64,000 nt of DNA from a virus (taxonomy: Duplodnaviria > Caudoviricetes), in IMG/VR virus record IMGVR_UViG_3300021256_000099, positions 4,236-68,235 of that record; one strand, 5' to 3'. Under the pieces are notes generated by a model that saw only the letters and a list, made by a program, of their open reading frames with translations, was not told the origin of the DNA and did no database searches. Each line of letters begins with the position of its first letter. Positions within the stretch are counted from its first letter, which is position 1. This document shows positions 17,532 through 26,867 of the stretch, piece after piece. The translations under genes and the position numbers were made by a program.

Positions 17532-19621
17532 TGTTTGACGAGGAAGAGGTCAGAAAAACAATATCTGTCCTCAAACCAGATAATCAGCTATATGAATGCA
17601 GGATCATCTACGAAGGAAAGAATCCTATAACCGGGTACTTCCGTGGTTCAGACATTCTGTTAAGAGAACTTAAAAGGCAAGGTCTTCAGAACTGCAATGT
17701 CTACATCACGCTGAATCATCTGGATGACGCTTGCTACAGCAGATCCCAGAGAGACAGGTTTGTCGGCGGAAAAAACATCAAATCGACCAGTGACGGTGAT
17801 GTCCAAGGATACGAATGGCTGTTTGTTGACTTAGACCCTGTCAGACCGTCTGGAGTATCGGCATCAGATGATGAGCTGCAGTTGGCAAAAGATTTGGGCA
17901 ATAAAGTCTATCTGTTCATGAAACAGGTCGGCTTTGAGACTCCTGTTACTGCCGAATCTGGCAATGGTGTTCATCTACTTTACCGAGTGGCGATAAATGC
18001 CAATGACGAAGGCAAGGCTCTGATGAAGACGGCATTAGAGGCACTGGACATGCTGTTTTCTGTACCTGACAAAGTCAAGATTGATGTGACGAACCACAAT
18101 CAGTCAAGGGTACATAAGCTGTACGGAACTCTAGCTGCTAAAGGGGCGAACACACCAGAAAGACCGCACAGGATGTCGAGGATACTTCATGCCCCTGATG
18201 AGATAAAAATGACGGACAGGAAGTATCTGGAGAAACTCGCATCGTACCTTCCAAAAGAGCCTGAGAAACCACAGAAGTATAACGGTTTCAATCCGGGATC
18301 TTTCGACCTTGATGCTTGGCTGACTAAGTACGGTCTGGATTTCTACAAACAGCCTTACAGCGGTGGAGTCAAGTATGTTTTATCGCATTGTCCATTCAAT
18401 GAGTCTCATACCGGGAAAGATGCCTGTGTATTCCGCAGTAGTAACGGTGCTATCGGGTTCAAGTGCCTTCACAATTCTTGTGCTGACAAAACATGGTCTG
18501 ATCTCCGTATGAAGTACGAACCAGACTATCAGGAAAAGCGTCAGCAGGAATATGAGAAGAAACATTATAACCACTACAACCGTGATCGTGACGAATCAGC
18601 GCACATCATTCCAAGAGACGGAGAACCCGTCTTTTACACAGCAATGGACATCTTTGAGATGCCACATGAGGAAGAGGTCTTCATCAGGACAGGTACGACA
18701 GAAATCGACAGGCGAATGAGAGGTCTCAAAAAAGGGTGTGTTTCAGTAGTAAGCGGACTTAGAGGCGGTTCGAAATCAACGGTGTTGTCCCAATGGATGC
18801 TCCAAGCTGTAGATGATGGATACAATGTCGGGTGTTTTTCTGGGGAACTGCGACCAAGGAATTTTATGAATTGGATGAACCTACAGGCTGCAGGAAAAGG
18901 TTACACCGTAGAGACCCGATATGAGAATTTCTACGATGTGCCAAAACGTACAGCATGGCAGATAGCTGCTTGGTTGGGAAAGCACTTCTTTCTATACAAC
19001 AATGCCTACGGAAACAATTTCGAGGCGGTTTTAGAGCAATTCCAGAAAGTCATTAAGGATCATCATCTCGACTTTCTTGTTCTGGATAATCTGATGGCCT
19101 TTGACACCAAGTCTCTCTCCAGAGACAAGTATGAGGCTCAAACAGAATTTATCTGGAGACTGCAAGAGGTTGCCAAAAATAAAGACAATCCAATACATCT
19201 GTTATTCGTAGCACATCCGAGGAAGTCACAAGGTTTCCTTAGACTTGATGATATATCAGGATCAGCAGACCTCGCCAATGCTGTTGATAATGCTTTCATC
19301 GTCCACAGAAACAATAACGACTTCAAAAGGTTGTCAAAGCAGATGTTCTATTTTGCCGATGATGATCCGATATATTCTGGGACAAACGTCATTGAGATTG
19401 CAAAAGACCGTGATGGCGGTTCTACGGATGTCTTTATTCCGCTCTGGTATGAGAAAGAATCAAAAAGGCTTAAGAACAGCTTTGTTGAGAACAGGATATA
19501 CGGTTGGAATAAGGACGCACCTAAGAATCAGCCTCAAGTAGATAACAGGATGGAGTTTGAACAGGGGAGATTCGAGGATTTCGCTGATGATACTCCATTC
19601 GATGAGTCACCATTTATATAA
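17522..19621 (+). CDS. AEP-type primase fused to an SF4 (DnaB/Twinkle-like) helicase
   Basis: N-terminal WLFVDLDP, ESGNGVHL, HKLYG; CPF..H...CLHNSC Zn site; C-terminal SGLRGGSKST, LDNLM, VAHPRK, ISGSADLAN, KDR. Confidence 0.8.
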   Translation: MAMMFDEEEVRKTISVLKPDNQLYECRIIYEGKNPITGYFRGSDILLRELKRQGLQNCNVYITLNHLDDACYSRSQRDRFVGGKNIKSTSDGDVQGYEWLFVDLDPVRPSGVSASDDELQLAKDLGNKVYLFMKQVGFETPVTAESGNGVHLLYRVAINANDEGKALMKTALEALDMLFSVPDKVKIDVTNHNQSRVHKLYGTLAAKGANTPERPHRMSRILHAPDEIKMTDRKYLEKLASYLPKEPEKPQKYNGFNPGSFDLDAWLTKYGLDFYKQPYSGGVKYVLSHCPFNESHTGKDACVFRSSNGAIGFKCLHNSCADKTWSDLRMKYEPDYQEKRQQEYEKKHYNHYNRDRDESAHIIPRDGEPVFYTAMDIFEMPHEEEVFIRTGTTEIDRRMRGLKKGCVSVVSGLRGGSKSTVLSQWMLQAVDDGYNVGCFSGELRPRNFMNWMNLQAAGKGYTVETRYENFYDVPKRTAWQIAAWLGKHFFLYNNAYGNNFEAVLEQFQKVIKDHHLDFLVLDNLMAFDTKSLSRDKYEAQTEFIWRLQEVAKNKDNPIHLLFVAHPRKSQGFLRLDDISGSADLANAVDNAFIVHRNNNDFKRLSKQMFYFADDDPIYSGTNVIEIAKDRDGGSTDVFIPLWYEKESKRLKNSFVENRIYGWNKDAPKNQPQVDNRMEFEQGRFEDFADDTPFDESPFI

Positions 19622-19633
19622 GAAGGAATAACG

Positions 19634-19912
19634 ATGGGAAGATGGAGAAAATTTACGAACAGGTCAATGCCAGAGCCATATGAGCCTGTGCTTTGTCTTG
19701 GCAAGAACGGAAGTCCTTTTGTGGGATTTATGCCTCTGAATTCATATGTCGAAAACAACCATGTGTTTATGAACCTTAATGGCATACAGAACGGAAAAAT
19801 GGCTTTTATGTGGCAGAGGATCACATATCCAGATTGGGACGAGTTTGAAAAACTTACAGGCAAAAAAGTGTTGCCGAAATATAGGAATCAGAAATGGGGG
19901 TACGAAGATTGA
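19634..19912 (+). CDS. Hypothetical protein
   Basis: ORF track; GAAGGA RBS. Confidence 0.55.
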   Translation: MGRWRKFTNRSMPEPYEPVLCLGKNGSPFVGFMPLNSYVENNHVFMNLNGIQNGKMAFMWQRITYPDWDEFEKLTGKKVLPKYRNQKWGYED

Positions 19913-20568
19913 TTAAGTATGATAAGATCCCTGTCCCTTTTGTAAGGGATAGCAATAAGAAGATGACAGACCAGTGGTCATCCCCGGAACTCTACAACCT
20001 GAGATATATCGACTGGATAATGCTTGAAAAGATAGACGGCACAAATATCGGTGTTCACTGGACAGGTTACGATGTCGAGTTTCAAGGCAGGACTGAAAGA
20101 GCGGACATTCCGAAACATCTGTTACAGAGTCTTAACGAGACTTTCCGGGGAGACGCTGCGGAAGAGATTTTTGAACAGGCATTCGGCGATAAGGAAGTGA
20201 TCCTGTTTGGCGAAGGATATGGAAACAAAATCCAGAAGAACGGCGATAAGTACATGGCAGATGAATGTGGCTTCATCCTGTTTGATGTCTACTTCCCCCA
20301 GACAGACATCTGGTTATGCCTTGACGATGCATGGGACGTTGCTGACAAGTTCGGGATTCCTTCAGTACCTGTTGTACATGTCGGAAATTTGCAATTAGCG
20401 ATAAGCCTTATCAAGAAGAGACCTATGTCGATCATCAATCCAGAGCATGAGATGGAAGGCTTTGTCTGCCGTCCTGCTGTCGAACTGAGAGACAGAATGG
20501 GCAAGAGGATCGCTTGCAAAATCAAAGTCAAAGATTTTTGCGAAGGAGTACCCGGAAAGCAATACTAA
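19894..20568 (+). CDS. RNA ligase (Rnl2-like nucleotidyltransferase)
   Basis: Motif I EKIDGTN, FGEGYG, FILFDV, EGFV, KIK. Confidence 0.8.
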   Translation: MGVRRLIKYDKIPVPFVRDSNKKMTDQWSSPELYNLRYIDWIMLEKIDGTNIGVHWTGYDVEFQGRTERADIPKHLLQSLNETFRGDAAEEIFEQAFGDKEVILFGEGYGNKIQKNGDKYMADECGFILFDVYFPQTDIWLCLDDAWDVADKFGIPSVPVVHVGNLQLAISLIKKRPMSIINPEHEMEGFVCRPAVELRDRMGKRIACKIKVKDFCEGVPGKQY

Positions 20569-20571
20569 CGC

Positions 20572-20781
20572 ATGGGAAACGATGAAATCAACTTCGACCT
20601 GTTGAGCGAGGAAGAGTACAGGATCTGTTCTTGCTGTGGAGAAAAGATGGTCGAAGGGTACGTAGTAGAAGAATGGGACGAATACTTTTGCTGTGACGAT
20701 TGTTTACACAGCACTTATTCAGAAGAGGAGTACGAAGAACTTTGCGAAAAAGATTTAGCTTACTGGACACAATGGATATGA
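20572..20781 (+). CDS. Small acidic Zn-binding protein
   Basis: CSCCG..M..GY and FCCDDC. Confidence 0.6.
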   Translation: MGNDEINFDLLSEEEYRICSCCGEKMVEGYVVEEWDEYFCCDDCLHSTYSEEEYEELCEKDLAYWTQWI

Positions 20782-20788
20782 GAGCTGC

Positions 20789-21433
20789 ATGAAAGTCCTT
20801 GAGTTATTTGCCGGGACAAGAAGTATTAGTAAAGCCTTCGAGAGAAGAGGACATGAGGTCTATACCGTAGATTGGGACAAAGACTTCGAAAACATAGACC
20901 TTTGTAAAGATATTAGTAAACTTACAGCGCAGGAGATATTAGAGAATTTTGGACACCCGGATGTGATTTGGGCAAGTCCAGACTGCTCATCTTACTCCGT
21001 GGCCGCAATCTATCATCATAGGAGAAGAGACAAGACAAACGGGTCACTCGAACCAATAACCGAATATGCGAGGTTTTGTGATGAGACGAATCAGCATGTC
21101 TTAGAGCTAATAAAAGAACTCAATCCGAAGTTCTATTTCATAGAAAACCCAAGGGGGGGTCTGAGAAAAATGTGGTGGATGCAGGATTTGCCGAGATACA
21201 CAGTGACGTACTGTAAATATGGCGAGACCCGTATGAAACCCACGGACATTTGGACGAATCACCCAGACCCTAAGTTTATTCCGCCTTGCAAGAATGGAGA
21301 TCCGTGCCACGAGAAAGCACCAAGGGGAACAAAGTGTGGAACTCAGAAGATTAAAGGCTCAAAGAACAGGGCGAAAATCCCAGTTCTTCTGTGTGAACAT
21401 ATTGTAGATATTTGTGAGGAATATATAGATTGA
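20789..21433 (+). CDS. Short phage C5 cytosine DNA methyltransferase
   Basis: Motif I LELFAG, motif IV WASPDC, motif VI FIENP, KPTDIW. Confidence 0.85.
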   Translation: MKVLELFAGTRSISKAFERRGHEVYTVDWDKDFENIDLCKDISKLTAQEILENFGHPDVIWASPDCSSYSVAAIYHHRRRDKTNGSLEPITEYARFCDETNQHVLELIKELNPKFYFIENPRGGLRKMWWMQDLPRYTVTYCKYGETRMKPTDIWTNHPDPKFIPPCKNGDPCHEKAPRGTKCGTQKIKGSKNRAKIPVLLCEHIVDICEEYID

Positions 21434-21730
21434 AGTTCGATTATCTTGGTGAAGAATGGAAAGAAATAGGTTGGTGTACGAATAGTGAAAAATCAAATTC
21501 ATGCGTACAGGTTAGGACTCAATAAGGTCACTGGCAGAGCGGGGAGACCAAAGACAAGAGTAGTCCAGATCGACCCAAGAACAGGTGAGGCGATAAGGGA
21601 ATACGAGTTCATAAATGAGGCAGGAAGACAGACGGCTATATATCCACAGAACATTAGGAAAGTGCTTATGGGGCAAAGGAACACTGCGGGTGGTTACAAG
21701 TGGAAGGGGGTGAGAAAATGGGCAGATTAA
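21430..21730 (+). pseudogene. Degenerate NUMOD4-HNH-NUMOD1 homing endonuclease
   Basis: TTG start EEWKEIG joins directly to WCTNSE(N)QIHAY, the usual HNH tail; +1 A in the run at 21488-21492; NUMOD1-like EYEFINEAGR..NIRKVL..TAGGYKWK is intact. Confidence 0.65.
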
Positions 21731-22565
21731 CTTTTATAGATTTTTTTGCCGGGATATAGGGGGTTTCCGTCTTGGCATGGAAAGAGCGGGGCATGAGTGT
21801 GTCGGGTTCTGTGAATTCGACAAGTACGCCGTCATGGCTTATACAGCTATGCACTTGTGTACAAAGGAACAGATTGATTATTTATCAAGTCTCCCACCCA
21901 GAAAACGGCAGAAGGAAATTTTAAAGGAAGAGTATCGAAATGGAGAGTGGTTCAGAGAAGATGTCAGGAATATCAGGGCAGACGAAATCCCAAGAGCAGA
22001 CTGTTGGTGCTTTGGATTCCCGTGTCAAAACATCAGTGTTGCCAGAGCAGAGAGCAGACAAGGACTTAGCGGAGAAAAATCAATCCTCTTCTATGAAATC
22101 ATCAGATTGCTCAAGGACACAAAAAAAGACGATAGACCCAGTTATTTGCTCATTGAGAACGTTAAGGGATTGCTTGGTGTCAACCGGGGATGGGATTTTG
22201 CCAGAGTCCTCAGTGAACTGGATGGAGTCGGGTATGATGCGGAATGGCAGATTCTTGACTCAAAATATTTCGTCCCACAACACCGGGAAAGAATCTTCAT
22301 TGTTGGACATCTTAGAGGAAGACACACCTCAAAGGTATTACCTATCGAAGGAGCAAATGGAAAAGATTGCGCTAACCAAATAAAACAAGTAGGCCATCTA
22401 GCAGTGTCTCTTCGCCATAATCCTGACAGGTACAGAGTTTATGATCCGACAGGTATTTGCCCTACTCTCAACAAAATGGAAGGTGGCGGGAGAGAACCAC
22501 ACATAGTCGTGGGGGTGGCTGCTCTTCGTGGTAAGGGAAAGATTGGAAGTGACAGCGATGAATGA
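21718..22565 (+). pseudogene. C5 cytosine methyltransferase, motifs I-VIII, with a 2-bp frameshift in motif I
   Basis: MGRLTFIDFFAGI then TAG; removing TA at 21757-21758 restores FAGIGGFRLGMERAG into ORF 21777 (FGFPCQ, ENVKG, QHRERIF). Confidence 0.75.
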
Positions 22566-22803
22566 TGGCAGATATTTTAAGATTTCAGATGACCTTGTTG
22601 TTTATGCAGTCTGGCATCCTGTAAGGCAGCACTGGGTCACTATAAGAAAACTCACCCCAAGGGAATGTTATCGTCTGCAAACGTTCCCAGATGACTATTT
22701 CGACCGGGCAAGTCTGCTGTGTAGCGATCATCAGCTTTATAAACAGTCTGGAAATAGTGTTACGGTAGATGCCGTTGAGGCACTGGCGAGAAAAATGGCA
22801 TGA
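22558..22803 (+). CDS. C5 methyltransferase C-terminal part (motifs IX-X) as a separate ORF
   Basis: RKLTPRECYRLQTFPD and QLYKQSGNSVTV; ATG overlaps the upstream stop. Confidence 0.75.
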   Translation: MNDGRYFKISDDLVVYAVWHPVRQHWVTIRKLTPRECYRLQTFPDDYFDRASLLCSDHQLYKQSGNSVTVDAVEALARKMA

Positions 22804-23054
22804 ATATCAAAGACATAGTTGATGATATGGACTTGGATGTCCCGGTTTTGGTTATAGACGGTTACGATGATGCGGTCATCGGAATGTCTACAAACGACAG
22901 GCTCGTGTACAGCATTGATAGGATGTGCGAGATTCTTGCCGAGAAAGACAACATCTCCATCGAAGAAGCGTCAGATTACATCTTTTACAATGTTGTTTCA
23001 CAATTAGAGTATGATACCGGGATGAATCCGATACTTATCTACGAGATAAATTAG
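22800..23054 (+). CDS. Conserved phage hypothetical protein
   Basis: DGYDDAVIG...LVYSIDRM..IL...EEA.DYI.YN. Confidence 0.65.
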   Translation: MNIKDIVDDMDLDVPVLVIDGYDDAVIGMSTNDRLVYSIDRMCEILAEKDNISIEEASDYIFYNVVSQLEYDTGMNPILIYEIN

Positions 23055-23064
23055 GAAGACAAAA

Positions 23065-23583
23065 ATGAACTACCAAAAGCTAAAAAAAGTATCAATTGAG
23101 AATGGGGACGGTGTCCGAGTGAGTCTATTTGTCTCAGGCTGCAGAAGACACTGCCCAAAATGCCACAATCCAGAGGCGTGGGATTTTAACTCTGGAGAAA
23201 AATTTACAAGGCGAGTCATGATGATGACTTTGTATGAGTGTGAAAAAGATGGGATCTCTGGTCTGTCAATCCTTGGTGGAGAACCGTTAGAAAAAGAAAA
23301 CGTCAGGGATGTAGCACTCCTCATCCGGGCGTTTCGTGGTCGGTTCGGTAACTCAAAGACTATCTGGCTTTACACTGGGTTCAATTTCGAAAGTCTCAGC
23401 ACGTACAGAAGGATATCCACAAAAGAAGATGCTTACTGGGTGGGTGTTATCTTGGACAACATCGATGTTCTGGTTGACGGTGAATACGTTGATGAGTTGA
23501 GAGTTCCGCCCGGATCTCAGTTTTATGGCTCTTCTAACCAGAGAATCCTTCACTTGATGGACGGTGAAATCATTGATGCATGA
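23065..23583 (+). CDS. nrdG: Anaerobic RNR activating protein (radical SAM)
   Basis: NGDGVRVSLFVSGC, CRRHCPKC, GLSILGGEP, IWLYTG, DVLVDG, GSSNQR. Confidence 0.93.
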   Translation: MNYQKLKKVSIENGDGVRVSLFVSGCRRHCPKCHNPEAWDFNSGEKFTRRVMMMTLYECEKDGISGLSILGGEPLEKENVRDVALLIRAFRGRFGNSKTIWLYTGFNFESLSTYRRISTKEDAYWVGVILDNIDVLVDGEYVDELRVPPGSQFYGSSNQRILHLMDGEIIDA

Positions 23584-23825
23584 TTCGGCAAAACAATGTG
23601 TCTGGATTTGAAGAAGGCGGTTATAGCGAGACCGAGTGGGCATTGATACTGGCTAATGAGGATGGTCTGTCGATGGAAGAGACGGAAGAAAGAACAGGGA
23701 TAACCCTAAAGCAGATAAAAAAAGTATCAGCGTACCTTGGTCTGGATTGGGGTATCCGCAACGTGAACAAAAGGAGATTTGTTAAAGAGTGGAAAGAGGT
23801 TACGAAACTTTTAGGAAGGCTATAG
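23580..23825 (+). CDS. Small HTH-like hypothetical protein
   Basis: Coupled ORF; LSMEETEERTGITLKQIKKV. Confidence 0.5.
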   Translation: MIRQNNVSGFEEGGYSETEWALILANEDGLSMEETEERTGITLKQIKKVSAYLGLDWGIRNVNKRRFVKEWKEVTKLLGRL

Positions 23826-24391
23826 CTGCCGGGGTGTTTATCGGGATGGGGTGCATTGCATACATGAGTTGCGGAAACAAGGTAATTGGTGCGTTCCTGT
23901 TTGCTATAGGTCTATGTTCTGTTGTTATATTCGGCAGTAAGCTGCTTACCGGGGCATTATGCACAAGCGATGACTGGGGTGAACTTGGCTTGATTAACCT
24001 TGGCAACTATGTTGGCATCTTTGTAATGGCTTTATTAGCAAGAGCCTCTGGAATCATAGGCGAAATCGATATGTCTGCAAGGGTAGGAAGACCGTTTTAC
24101 GAGAACATCCTGCGTGGAATTATCTGCGAGATTTGCATCTACATCGCAGTAATGGGACACAAAAAGGGTCGCAAACTATTGATTGTGGTTCTGGGAGTTA
24201 TGACATTTATCTTATGTGGATCAGAACACTGCGTCGCAGATTTTTTCTACATCCTTATGTCATCGTCAGGCGGGGTCTGGTACAAAGAGATTCTGTTTGT
24301 ACTTCTCGTGACAGTCGGCAATATAATTGGAGCTGCCTTTATGCGGTGGTTAGATCCTTATGATGATTATTACCTTACATTCGAGTTTTAA
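23789..24391 (+). CDS. Formate/nitrite transporter (FNT/FocA family)
   Basis: AIAAGVFIGMG, GAFLFAIGL, KLLTG, GNYVG, FILCGSEHCVAD, TVGNIIG; about six hydrophobic helices. Confidence 0.82.
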   Translation: MERGYETFRKAIAAGVFIGMGCIAYMSCGNKVIGAFLFAIGLCSVVIFGSKLLTGALCTSDDWGELGLINLGNYVGIFVMALLARASGIIGEIDMSARVGRPFYENILRGIICEICIYIAVMGHKKGRKLLIVVLGVMTFILCGSEHCVADFFYILMSSSGGVWYKEILFVLLVTVGNIIGAAFMRWLDPYDDYYLTFEF

Positions 24392-24393
24392 AG

Positions 24394-24726
24394 ATGCCAG
24401 AAATTCTTAACTGTCCGAATTGCAATGCTCCAGTAGATGGCGAAAAGTGCGAGTACTGCGGAACGGTATTCCACGACTTTACCTCGCTCAGTTTTGACAA
24501 ACCCACCTATATTAAGATCGATGTAGGTGGGGGCAAAATGATAGCCAAAGCATATCTTTCCGACTTAGAAATTGAGGATACAAGTTATACGGAATCTTAC
24601 AGTAGACTTGACGGTATACTTAGACTCAGAAGAGTCCCAGATGTGACACTTTCCGCAAAGTTTCACCTGATAGATAATGATGGGACTGTATATACATGGA
24701 AGAGAGGTGTGCTAACTAATGGATAG
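24394..24726 (+). CDS. Zn-ribbon protein (paralogue of 30002)
   Basis: CPNCNAP...CEYCGT. Confidence 0.65.
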   Translation: MPEILNCPNCNAPVDGEKCEYCGTVFHDFTSLSFDKPTYIKIDVGGGKMIAKAYLSDLEIEDTSYTESYSRLDGILRLRRVPDVTLSAKFHLIDNDGTVYTWKRGVLTNG

Positions 24727-25024
24727 AATGATAAACCTTGATGTTGCCCTACTGGCAATGAATCGGCTTTATGATGAGGATATCAAGGACTATGGATGCG
24801 AAATCCCAGAAGGGTTTAACAGAGATTCCAGAGACCGTGCAAGTTTTGCGCTGAAACAACTCCCCCGGAAAGAAATCGTGTACTGTGAGGAGTGCGAACA
24901 TTGGGACGAGGATGACGGCATGTGCAAACGTCCAGAGTTGGCGGGCAACAGGTATCATGATCCAAAATTCTTTGAGACATATTTTGATGATTTTTGCAGC
25001 TATGGAGTGGAGAAAGATGAGTAA
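24719..25024 (+). CDS. Cys-rich hypothetical protein
   Basis: CEECEHW...C...DDFCSYG. Confidence 0.65.
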   Translation: MDRMINLDVALLAMNRLYDEDIKDYGCEIPEGFNRDSRDRASFALKQLPRKEIVYCEECEHWDEDDGMCKRPELAGNRYHDPKFFETYFDDFCSYGVEKDE

Positions 25025-25199
25025 CGCACAAATTGTAATCAATATAGCTTTTACAATATTTTTGGTAGTTAACGCCTTTATTGCTCTTGGGGTTATTGCC
25101 ACAACAGAAGACAGCGCATGTTATTTTTGCGGGTTAATGGGTGGATGGTTTGCTATCTGTGTGATAGGTGTGATCTGGATAGTAAGTAACGGCTTTTAA
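25017..25199 (+). CDS. Small two-helix membrane protein
   Basis: ATG 25017; two hydrophobic segments. Confidence 0.55.
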   Translation: MSNAQIVINIAFTIFLVVNAFIALGVIATTEDSACYFCGLMGGWFAICVIGVIWIVSNGF

Positions 25200-25219
25200 C
25201 AACAAAAGGAGAACGAGGA

Positions 25220-25546
25220 ATGTTGATGTTAACACTCGATGATGCTGTGGCAGTCTGTATGCGCTTTCTCCGTGAAACTACATACTTTGACGATATGCCA
25301 AGAGGAGAATACAAAAGTATGTTGGAGTTTATCAGAGGTGAGTTTGAGCAGAAATGTTGGTTCCCACCAAAAACGGATAAAGCTGCAAAACAGCTAAACG
25401 ATCTGATTTTCGACATCAACCCTACCGAGATATGTAGCCAGATTGAATCGGACAATTTGAAAAACTGGTGTAGTACGGTTCAGACCGAAATGAAAATGGC
25501 AATGGTACAGTTGCCGTGTTGGGCAGAGAGGAGAACCGATGAATGA
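25220..25546 (+). CDS. Hypothetical protein
   Basis: AAAGGAG RBS. Confidence 0.6.
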   Translation: MLMLTLDDAVAVCMRFLRETTYFDDMPRGEYKSMLEFIRGEFEQKCWFPPKTDKAAKQLNDLIFDINPTEICSQIESDNLKNWCSTVQTEMKMAMVQLPCWAERRTDE

Positions 25547-25943
25547 TTGTATGACATTTCCAGATACCGTGGAAGAGTTTATGGAGCAGTACAAAATTGT
25601 AGATACAGAGCATATCTACACGAATGGCTCTGAATTTGTGCCGATATTCCGAATGAAGCAGTGGTTTGAACATTTGCCATCCGAACAGTCAGAACCCGAA
25701 GCCACATCCAGATGGAAAAAGGAATTTAGAGAGTATGTCGATTCGCTTGATATTACAAGGGACGATTGGAAGGGCATTATTGAGTATATTGACGAACTGC
25801 CGTCCGCACAGTCAGACGTTATCAGGTGCAAAGATTGTGTAAATTATATTGATAATCGTTGTGTGGTGGCAAACCATCATGTCGCTCCTTTTAGCTGTTG
25901 CCGGGATGTGTTTAATGCAAGGAGAAGAGGTGAGCATGGCTGA
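25539..25943 (+). CDS. Hypothetical protein with repeated LPS(E/A)Q and Cys tail
   Basis: Coupled ORF; CKDCVNY. Confidence 0.6.
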   Translation: MNDCMTFPDTVEEFMEQYKIVDTEHIYTNGSEFVPIFRMKQWFEHLPSEQSEPEATSRWKKEFREYVDSLDITRDDWKGIIEYIDELPSAQSDVIRCKDCVNYIDNRCVVANHHVAPFSCCRDVFNARRRGEHG

Positions 25944-26202
25944 ATGTAAATTCTGCGAAGCGATGAAAACCAATCGGCAGATAGAAGAGCTTTGCAAGTC
26001 GTGGGCAACTGAATCCGAGATCAAGCAATATGGAAAGTACATGGTCGAGTATACCGTGGCGATCGTGAAACGCACTTGGTACACAAAGATGGGCAAACGT
26101 AACTCTGGAAGGAATGTGGAGTATCGGCACAGAGGGCTTGGATTCAAATTGAATTTTTGTCCAGAGTGCGGAGCAGATATGAGAGGTGAACCGAATGGAT
26201 GA
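25936..26202 (+). CDS. Zn-ribbon protein
   Basis: CKFC at the start, NFCPECGADMRG at the end. Confidence 0.65.
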   Translation: MAECKFCEAMKTNRQIEELCKSWATESEIKQYGKYMVEYTVAIVKRTWYTKMGKRNSGRNVEYRHRGLGFKLNFCPECGADMRGEPNG

Positions 26203-26500
26203 CTTAATCCGCAGACAGGCTGTTAAAGACATACTGTTTAACGAAAGAGGGGTCAGGATCTATACGCATAAGGGCGAAAAACTGAAACGCTATGCCAAAA
26301 TAGACCTTGATGACTTTGACGCTATTCCATCCGCAAAGCCAGAACGCAAGACAGGGCACTGGATACCAGTCACAAACGGCAGAGGCGGTCACAAATGTGA
26401 CAAGTGCGGTTCCTATGCACCGTCCTATCAGTCTGGTGCGGAATGGCTGAGCAATTTTTGCCCTGAGTGCAATGCAGATATGAGAGGTAAAGCAGAATGA
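26195..26500 (+). CDS. Zn-ribbon protein
   Basis: DDLIRRQAV start; GHW..CDKCG..NFCPECNADMRG. Confidence 0.65.
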   Translation: MDDLIRRQAVKDILFNERGVRIYTHKGEKLKRYAKIDLDDFDAIPSAKPERKTGHWIPVTNGRGGHKCDKCGSYAPSYQSGAEWLSNFCPECNADMRGKAE

Positions 26501-26643
26501 TCCGAAAACTGATTAAGGCTATAAAACGAAGAATTATGTGCAAGAGAAATCGTTATTATTGCCCTGACTGTATCTACCATGAATGGGTATGGGAAGGTGC
26601 AATATTCAGGGGAAACAGATGCAGATATGAGAGGTGAACAATA

Positions 26644-26853
26644 ATGACGATTGATGAAGCGATCAAAGATATAAAAGACAATATCAAACCTGCCGTTGGT
26701 GGAAAATCGTTGGACATGGCAATTGAAGCGTTGGAAAAACAGCGGTGGATACCTGTGACGAAAGAAGAAATATTCAAAGCAGGATATGAAGGAAGAGAAA
26801 TCAAATTCCGAGTTGACGGTAGATTATTTGCAATAAGAGAACTTGCACAATAA
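26644..26853 (+). CDS. Hypothetical protein
   Basis: MTIDEAI...AIEALEKQ motif. Confidence 0.6.
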   Translation: MTIDEAIKDIKDNIKPAVGGKSLDMAIEALEKQRWIPVTKEEIFKAGYEGREIKFRVDGRLFAIRELAQ

Positions 26854-26867
26854 GGAAAGGAGAGAAG

